A DNA stretch of 64,000 nucleotides from Tricharina praecox (lineage: Eukaryota), in NCBI RefSeq assembly GCF_024521635.1, contig NW_026250407.1, forward strand, positions 1,364,001-1,428,000, in the 5' to 3' direction. The translations under genes and the position numbers were made by a program. Under the pieces are notes generated by a model, which saw only the letters and a list, made by a program, of their open reading frames with translations, had not been told where the DNA came from and searched no databases. Positions 57,534 to 64,000 of this stretch are shown here, piece by piece. How positions within the stretch are numbered: the stretch's first letter is position 1; every line of letters begins with the position of its first letter.

Positions 57534-59859
57534 CTACGGATCAATAACGAACCCTGGCCTCCCCCTCCCCTCCCTCCCATCCCTCAAAGTCCCAAACTTC
57601 ATCCCGCCCCTCCACGTCACTTCGCCACTTCCTCCCCCACCCGCTCCCCCAACCCCTCCGCCACTCCCCCCTCCCCCAGCAGCCGTCAACCTCAACTCCG
57701 CCACCGAAGTCTTGACAGTTCTCGGATCCTTATTCCCGAGAATAATCGGGACGGTGACCTCTAGGTCTTCAGCTTTGAGGCTGCTAGTGCTAGTGCCGGT
57801 GCTGTACCAGCGGCTGCTGGCCGCTTCGGCGCTCAGCATTGGCACTGTGATCTGCACGACGTGTTGGACGCGGAATAACAGCGCCGCTGGGTCGCGGGGG
57901 TCGCGGGAGTCCGGTGATGTGGAGGTGGGCGTGGGCGTGATGGACGGGAGCGGACATTTTTCTTTGCCTTTGCCTTTGCCCTTGTCCCTGGTGGTTGCGG
58001 GGGTGAGGAAGGGGCTGTTATCGGTGCTGTTATCGGCGGTGGTAGTAGTGGTAGAGTGTGGATCACCGAGCGGCAGTGTAGCGGTGGGGAGCAACGAGTC
58101 GGAGATGAAAGTGCGAAACGGCGGGAGGGTGACCGTCATGCTCTTAATCATCTCTAGTCCGCCGGCTAGCCCCGTGTCCCGCTCCGAAAGCTTCATCTCC
58201 TGCGCCTGCTGGATCGGGTGCACCTCGTTAGGATGCAGCAAAAACTTCTTGCCGGTCAGGACGCGGAGCTGTTCCTTGCCCACGACGATCATGTGTACCG
58301 GGTCCCGGCCGGCCTCTTCGTCGTCGTCATCGTCGGCGTCGATTTCCTGCGTGGGTGCGTCCCCCTCAATGGCGAGTGAGCGTGTTTCGATCACTCGTGC
58401 GCCCAGGCCTTTTGGTATGGGCACGCCGCTGCGGATTTGTAGAGTAAGCTTCATGACGATGTTATCGCCGGGGAGGAAGCGGCTGGCGGGCATTTCCACG
58501 GTGAGTTTGGCAATGGTATTTTCGGCCTCATCGGTGACACGAGTCGACCTCTCGATAGCGGACGACAGCGCCGCCGGGTGCGGACGGTCAATCAACGGAG
58601 TGCTACTACTCGACGGCGAGCCCGGCAGGTCCGCGGTCGTGAGCGTAAGTTTCGGTCCACGCATCTTAGGTGTGGTTTGTCCACTGGCCCCACTGGTACC
58701 GCTGACACCACTCCCGAGCCCCGGTGTCCCCGGAGGAAAAATTGTGTGCGCGCTCAACCGCGACTCCCGTTTCCCCGAGCCATTCTCAGAGTGTCTCTTG
58801 CGCATGCTCGGTTTTCTCGAGACCAGCGGTGTTTCGAGCGACGAGTCCACATAGGGAATGAACGAGATCCGCAGCGGCTTCGTTCGGTACTCCATTATCT
58901 CCGTGTTGTGGCTGAACGGCAGCGTCTCCCGCGAGTCGGGCCGGTCGTCGACTGCCAGCTTGGCCTGGAAACTGTACGAGATCAATGGGTGCTCCGACGT
59001 CGGTGGCAGGTTGACGGGCGGGAATTCAAACGCGAAGAGGAAGCTTCTCAGTCCCTCCTGAATCAGATCTGCCCCGCACCATCATCAGCGCCCCACACCC
59101 CCTACACCCCCTCCGCCCTCACTCACCTCCAGAAAACACATCCAAGCGCTCACTCAAAAAGCTCACAAACGATCCCTCGACCTCGGTCACGCCCGCGAAC
59201 GCGACAGTAACGGTGATCCCCTTGAGCGGCTTCTTGACCCTGAAGCTAACAGCGCCATTAAAGACACTGACGGGCCCAAACACGGACTTCCCAGCGCGCC
59301 CACCCAGCTCCTCAACCCTAAAATCCTGAATCCTGACATCCTTCCCGAGCCCGCGCCGGATCCTGTTCCCGGAAACAACCTTGGCCGCTACCGCCTGCCA
59401 CGTCGACGCTGGCTTCCGCCCCGCTACCATGTCCAGCTCCGGGATCGGGTACGCCCGCCGCCGGTGAAGAAGTGGCACGCTGGGCTTGCGCTGCAGCTGC
59501 TGTCCCTGTTCCTCCTGCTGTCCCTCCTCCTCGTCCTCTGGTAGCTCCTCACCCTCTGCCTCTACCACAGCCTCCTCAGCCTCCTGCGGTGATGACCCCG
59601 AGCTCCTGAGCGCGCAGCAAAACGCGCCGTCGAGGTTGTAGACAGGGATTGCGGGGAGGTCCTGTAGCGACTCGATCTTGAGCGGCGCTGTGTGCTCGTC
59701 GAAGTCGTCGTCGGCGGTGGTGAGGTAGATCGAGGGCGGCGGGGAGTACGGTGATGGTGCGCGCGCGCGGAAACAGTTGAATAGGCGCAGTGGAGACTTG
59801 AGTGTGTTAGCGGTTCGATTTTTCCAGTGTTTCCAGTGTTTGGTTGGCGGGTCGAGCAT
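57534..59859 (-). CDS. Arrestin-like protein (N and C arrestin folds with long insertions); exons 59859-59127, 59068-57534
   Basis: VFGPVSVFNGAVSFRVKKPLKGITVTVAFAG, then across a GTGAGT..CAG intron FLFAFEFPPVNLPPT..ISYSFQAKL..ISFIPYV, LTVEMPASRFLPGDNI, and LFRVQHVVQITVP..EVTVPIILGN. Confidence 0.72.
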
Positions 59860-60530
59860 TCTGTGTGAGAAAGAGAGGAGGTGAGTGATAGAGAGGGGGA
59901 ATGAAAAGTCTTCCTCACTGGTGAGCGCGAGAATGTAGTTGCTGTGGTTGTAGCTGTAGATAGCTGTAGCTGTAGCAGCTGTCGTTGTTTAGCTGTCGTT
60001 GTTTGGCAGTCTACCGTAGTCAGTTAGTTACCGTAGCAGCAGCCAGTGGTCGACAAACAAAACAAGCGTCACGCAACCCAACAACGCAACGCAACCGGCG
60101 CGAGGAACGGCCGGGGGTCCCATTAGACTATTTATCTTCCAAAACCTAGCCTCATCTCCCCCTCGTCCCCCGCCCCATCCGTCACCTTGATGGGCACTGG
60201 GCAGGGCAGGGCAGCAGGACGATCGCAGGAACAAGCATTCCTTCGCGCTGAGCCAAGGAGAGGAAACGCCCCAAAAACTAAATGATTGCCATCTTGATTG
60301 ATTGATTGAGGCCATGCACCTACATCCTTGTCTGGAGTAATCCCTACCCTACATACAGCACTTGGCGGCGGGGCTGTAGAGTTGGTGAATCGTGATGGTG
60401 ATGGGAGATGGGGGCGCAGTAGCAGCTATGTACGAGTGGATAGATATTCAAGGTATGTAGAGTACATGCACAAAGCAATGGGAATAGACGAGGGATAACT
60501 GGGAGGGCTCACTGGGCGAAACTACTCTAC

Positions 60531-61075
60531 CTACCCTGGAGGAAAAAGCAATAGGTATCTGGACTCTGGTGATGATTTTCCGTGGTTAGTACTTATCTAC
60601 CTCATATAATCTTTGGGATCGGCGCCACACTGACAGTTTGAGGGTTTGACGAGACGCAAAATCGTCAAAATCGTCAACATGGGTTCTCTCTCTCTTCAGG
60701 CAGAGATGTATAAAGCACTACCTAGAACAAAAAGGATTGGACGGGGCCGTTTTGCACCAAAAATGGGCATTTCCAAGTTTGCATGAAAATGGAAATGGGC
60801 ATTTTGGGTGTAGAACTGGCCCTGAACAATCCTTTTTGTCGTGGTGGTTTACTTACTTACACAAAGGAATGGGAATGGACGAGAGAGGATCTGAGAGGAA
60901 CTATCTAGAAGGAAAAAGCAACATCTGATGATTTTCCGCGGTCACTGTGGTTGGTTGGGTAACAAGTAACCAATCTTTAGAATAAATGGGTCGCGAGGTT
61001 CGAGTTTGACGAGATGCAACATCGTCAACATCGTCAACACGGGCTCTGGCTCTCTATCCAGGCAAAGATACGTGA
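60531..61075 (+). repeat. Degenerate direct duplication, two ~175-bp copies about 370 bp apart
   Basis: Both copies share ggaaaaagcaa..tgatgattttccg..gtttgacgaga(c/t)gcaa(a/c)atcgtcaa(a/c)atcgtcaaca..ggg..ctct..caggca.agat (60531-60710 and 60901-61072). Confidence 0.75.
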
Positions 61076-61180
61076 GATCAACGCCATATTATTCCCCTCC
61101 ACGTACGTACATATTATCTAAGCACACACACCCTATGCATAATAATAGCCATAAACATCTCGTCGATTTCAAAAAAAAAA

Positions 61181-61226
61181 ACAGTCCATACAGTCCATAC
61201 AGTCCATACAGTCCATACAGCCCGTA
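61181..61226 (+). repeat. 9-bp tandem repeat (ACAGTCCAT) x4-5
   Basis: Read directly. Confidence 0.85.
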
Positions 61227-61512
61227 AACCATACCACCATAGAAATCAAACCCCCAGACTGAATGCACAATGCACAATGAACAATAACAAGAAGAAAAAC
61301 ACACCCCTCATCTCATTTATGTAGAGTAGTAGAGTACCGTAGTTCGAAATAGCATCCCACAGGAGCATCAGATCGAAGTCCCAGTAAAAGGTCAAGGAAA
61401 AGCAACAGGAAAGAGAAGAAAAAATAGCAAATAACACCCACAACCCAAGTAAGTACTCCAAACTCCCCCCCTCCCGCCCGTCGTCATGATCCAGTAGGTA
61501 CCTAGTTCTTCC

Positions 61513-62571
61513 CTACCGAATCCCCAAATACTTCCTAACCCTTCCACTCATGCTCTTGACGCCGCCCTCGTCCTGACCGTGTGCCGCTCCCCTGGTGCCG
61601 CCTCCATTATTGCTATTACTACCGACCTTAACCCGTCCCGTCGTGATCCCGGGCTCAGCAGGCGTCGGTTTCGGCGGCCACAAATCATCACTCTTCCAGC
61701 CGGTGACCAGGGCATCAATCATCTTGGCAAGATTGATAGGCACGGGCAGCTCGCCACTGCGTACAACACAGCGCTGATAGATATCGGGATACGCGTTGGG
61801 GGTGACGAGTTTGGCAAGTGGATTATCGGCGAACAGGCTCTTGCCCACCGGTACCCAGCCCTCGGAATCCGCGCCCGTCCACTGATCGCGCCTGCGCAGC
61901 CAGATCCGCAGCCCGGGATTCTCGCGCATCAGCTCGCGCTCGTGCCGGCGCCGCGCCTTGTGCGGCGCCACGCTCTTGGGCGAGTCCCACTTGAATGCGC
62001 TAGAACTTGGCGGCGCCGCGGGGATCTCGTAGTCGCTGTCGTCGGTGCGCTGCAGCCACACGCCCTCGCGGCGGTGATCGCGGCGCCGCCGTTTCCGCCT
62101 GTTCCTGCGAGCGGCGGGGGGCGGCGGCGGCGGCGTCGCTGCCCGCCTGTAGGATAGCGCTCGCTGCGGCACCCCCGTGCGTGCCCCGAACGAGCCCCCC
62201 ACACCACCTCCTCCGCGCTTCTTCTTCGTCGGCGTGTCGTCGAGGTCGTCGTCGTCGTCAGAACTGCTGTCGCTCTCCTCCGTCGAAGAGTTCCAGTCGT
62301 CGTCCCACGAGTCTTCGGCCTCCACCTCGTCGTCCTGGTTGCTGGGATCGACCTCGCCGGGCGCCGCGGGACGCCATGCCCCCAGTACGCCTGAGCGGCT
62401 GAAGGTGCTGGCCGAGGAGGCGGAGGACAACGTGCGGCTGGGGATAGAAGCGGGGGGCGGTGGACGTGGCGGCGTGTATGTCCAGTCGTTCCGGACCTGG
62501 GCGAGCTGCTCCTTCACCAGGCGGATTGCGTCGGCTTTTTGCTGCCGTGTGAGGGTTTCGGAGGTGGACAT
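61513..62571 (-). CDS. Gag1-like clamp (DUF4050) domain protein; intronless
   Basis: ENPGLRIWLRRRDQWTGA..YPDIYQRCV..LPVPINLAKMIDALVTGWKSDDLWPP matches the family as I recall it. The start is taken at MSTSETLTR (ACC ATG context). Confidence 0.8.
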   Translation of the reverse strand: MSTSETLTRQQKADAIRLVKEQLAQVRNDWTYTPPRPPPPASIPSRTLSSASSASTFSRSGVLGAWRPAAPGEVDPSNQDDEVEAEDSWDDDWNSSTEESDSSSDDDDDLDDTPTKKKRGGGGVGGSFGARTGVPQRALSYRRAATPPPPPPAARRNRRKRRRRDHRREGVWLQRTDDSDYEIPAAPPSSSAFKWDSPKSVAPHKARRRHERELMRENPGLRIWLRRRDQWTGADSEGWVPVGKSLFADNPLAKLVTPNAYPDIYQRCVVRSGELPVPINLAKMIDALVTGWKSDDLWPPKPTPAEPGITTGRVKVGSNSNNGGGTRGAAHGQDEGGVKSMSGRVRKYLGIR

Positions 62572-63675
62572 GGTGGAGGTTGTGGGGGTGCGTGTGCGGT
62601 GTCGTATGCGTGTGCGTGAGCGGGTGTCGTGTGTATGTGGGCGGGGGGAGAGGTGAGGAGAGGAGAGGACGGGAGGACGGGAGAGAGGACAAGACAAGGC
62701 GGAAGGAAGGAAGAGGGAGGTGTCAGGTAGAAGGGTCTGGGGAAGGGTTCATTCAGGGAGAGTAAGTAAAAGAGAGTGGAGTGAGCGGGGGAGTGGGAGT
62801 GCGAGCTTGAAAGGGTAGTTGGGCTGTCACTTGATCGTGGCTGGGTGGGATGAATGGCCAGGTCACCGGCCACCGCCACCTTATCCGTCCGATAGATACT
62901 CTACGCTAGTCCAGGTTGAGAAAAAACGTTCCGGAGCCGCAGGTCCGCGTCATGTCGCAAACTCACCCCGCAAGTTGCAACTCAAACACCATGGTCCAGC
63001 GACCAGCCATTTGGATTCCCGATCTCGCCCACGGCCTATGCAAATGAGCACCCACCGTTTTCTTCCCCGCAATTGAAATCAAATTAAATCACAGATCTTG
63101 GAACATCATCAACGTCAACAACAATTGATCTGAACAGATCCGATTCACCTACACGCTTCCTCCCTACCTATCCTATCCTTCCAAGTTCCCTCCTTCGTTC
63201 CCCATAACTATCACACTAATACAAAAAGCATGTATCCAATAATTGATCCTCCCTCATTGTACATATTGTACAAGACTTACATGTAAGGTAAAGTAAAGGT
63301 AAAGTAAAGGTATCATAAACGTCCTCCCGACAACCACAACAACGACAACAACGACACCACAAGACAAAAAATCTGAATGGGAATGAGAGAAGAGTACGAA
63401 TACAATAGAACCAAATGTGATTTCCAAACCAGAAAACAGTTCTCGAGAGAGACAGCGTGGGGGGTGGGTGGAAAGAAAAAATACACAACCAACCAAATCA
63501 AAACTCCGTAAAAAAAAAAGAACGCTGGCTTTTCAATGAGAAGAGAAAGCAAAGCAAAGCACCAGAACCAGGGAGAGAGAGAGAGAACCCGAAACATTAG
63601 GAGGAGAAGGAAGCCAACCAACCACCTATACACACTATGCTGCATGAAAAATAAACCACAAAACGAACATCTAAC

Positions 63676-64000
63676 TTAAGCTCCGACCTCAACCTCGCCA
63701 TTTCCCTTGCCATCCTTCGACTCGGTATGACTCCAAGTTTCCACCTTGGCCCATTCTCCGACCTTCCCGATGCCTCTCTTAGAAGGAGGCAATTCGCCCC
63801 ACCGACGGACCCACTCTCTCTCATCGAGGCGTCGCTTCTTGCTGCCACCACCACGGCTCTCGGCAGCGCCGGCTTCCGCCCATTGCATGTCCCAGATGGA
63901 ATAGGACATGCCATCGTGGATTGTCTTCCAGCTTCTGCTCTTGAGTGCATAGCGTACCGAACCCGAGTACCGCTCCAAGGTAGGAAGGATCAACAGGTTG
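63676..64000 (-). CDS. C-terminal end of a protein running off the right edge; family not recognised
   Basis: Open to the window edge with a Trp-rich, protein-like sequence NLLILPTLERYSGSVRYALKSRSWKTIHDGMSYSIWD..REWVRRWGELPPS..GEWAKVETW, followed by a T-rich 3' UTR on the minus strand. Confidence 0.7.
   Translation of the reverse strand, partial: NLLILPTLERYSGSVRYALKSRSWKTIHDGMSYSIWDMQWAEAGAAESRGGGSKKRRLDEREWVRRWGELPPSKRGIGKVGEWAKVETWSHTESKDGKGNGEVEVGA

Noticed and set aside
57712..58854. Long antisense ORFs (also 4836-5606, 32881-33591, 43163-43879, 50207-50953)
   Set aside because: Shadows of GC3-rich genes on the opposite strand, with no independent motifs.
60569..60634. Box C/D snoRNA (GTGATGA ... 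CTGA)
   Set aside because: No terminal stem or guide I can match to rRNA. The TGATGA belongs to a duplicated block whose second copy has no D box.
2855..64000. Secondary-metabolite or other functional gene cluster
   Set aside because: No PKS, NRPS, terpene or RiPP core gene, and neighbouring genes are functionally unrelated housekeeping genes and orphans.

Overview
Eukaryotic, intron-containing DNA from a filamentous ascomycete. The short GT-AG introns with CTRAC/CTAAC branch points and the gene set suggest Pezizomycotina, possibly Pezizomycetes; this is inference. I could model about 21 protein-coding genes by hand. Recognisable ones: a GH28-like beta-helix glycosidase, ARG8, an HbrB/Bit61-like protein, TSR1, a GMC oxidoreductase, MMS22/Mus7, an HSL-family lipase, BLOC1S1, a BTB protein, an 11-exon MFS transporter, FRA10AC1, an arrestin-like protein and a Gag1-like protein. 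There are also several orphans, two partial genes at the window edges and two intron-containing tRNA genes (Gly-GCC, Ser-GCT). No CRISPR array, rRNA or intact transposase is visible. Most notable: (1) a spliced 78-aa PIGBOS1-like membrane microprotein missed by the ORF track; (2) an orphan combining PAM2 motifs with a Myb/SANT-like end and an AT-hook-like end; (3) an atypical tRNA-Gly whose acceptor-stem mismatch creates a perfect Gcn4/CpcA site upstream of ARG8; (4) an isolated 8-Cys secreted protein whose promoter carries a MITE-like inverted repeat with palindromic arms and a phased 15-bp repeat array; (5) an intronless, signal-less GH28-like gene with a 17-bp tandem array just upstream of its ATG. 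Family assignments rest on recalled motifs; no database searches were run.
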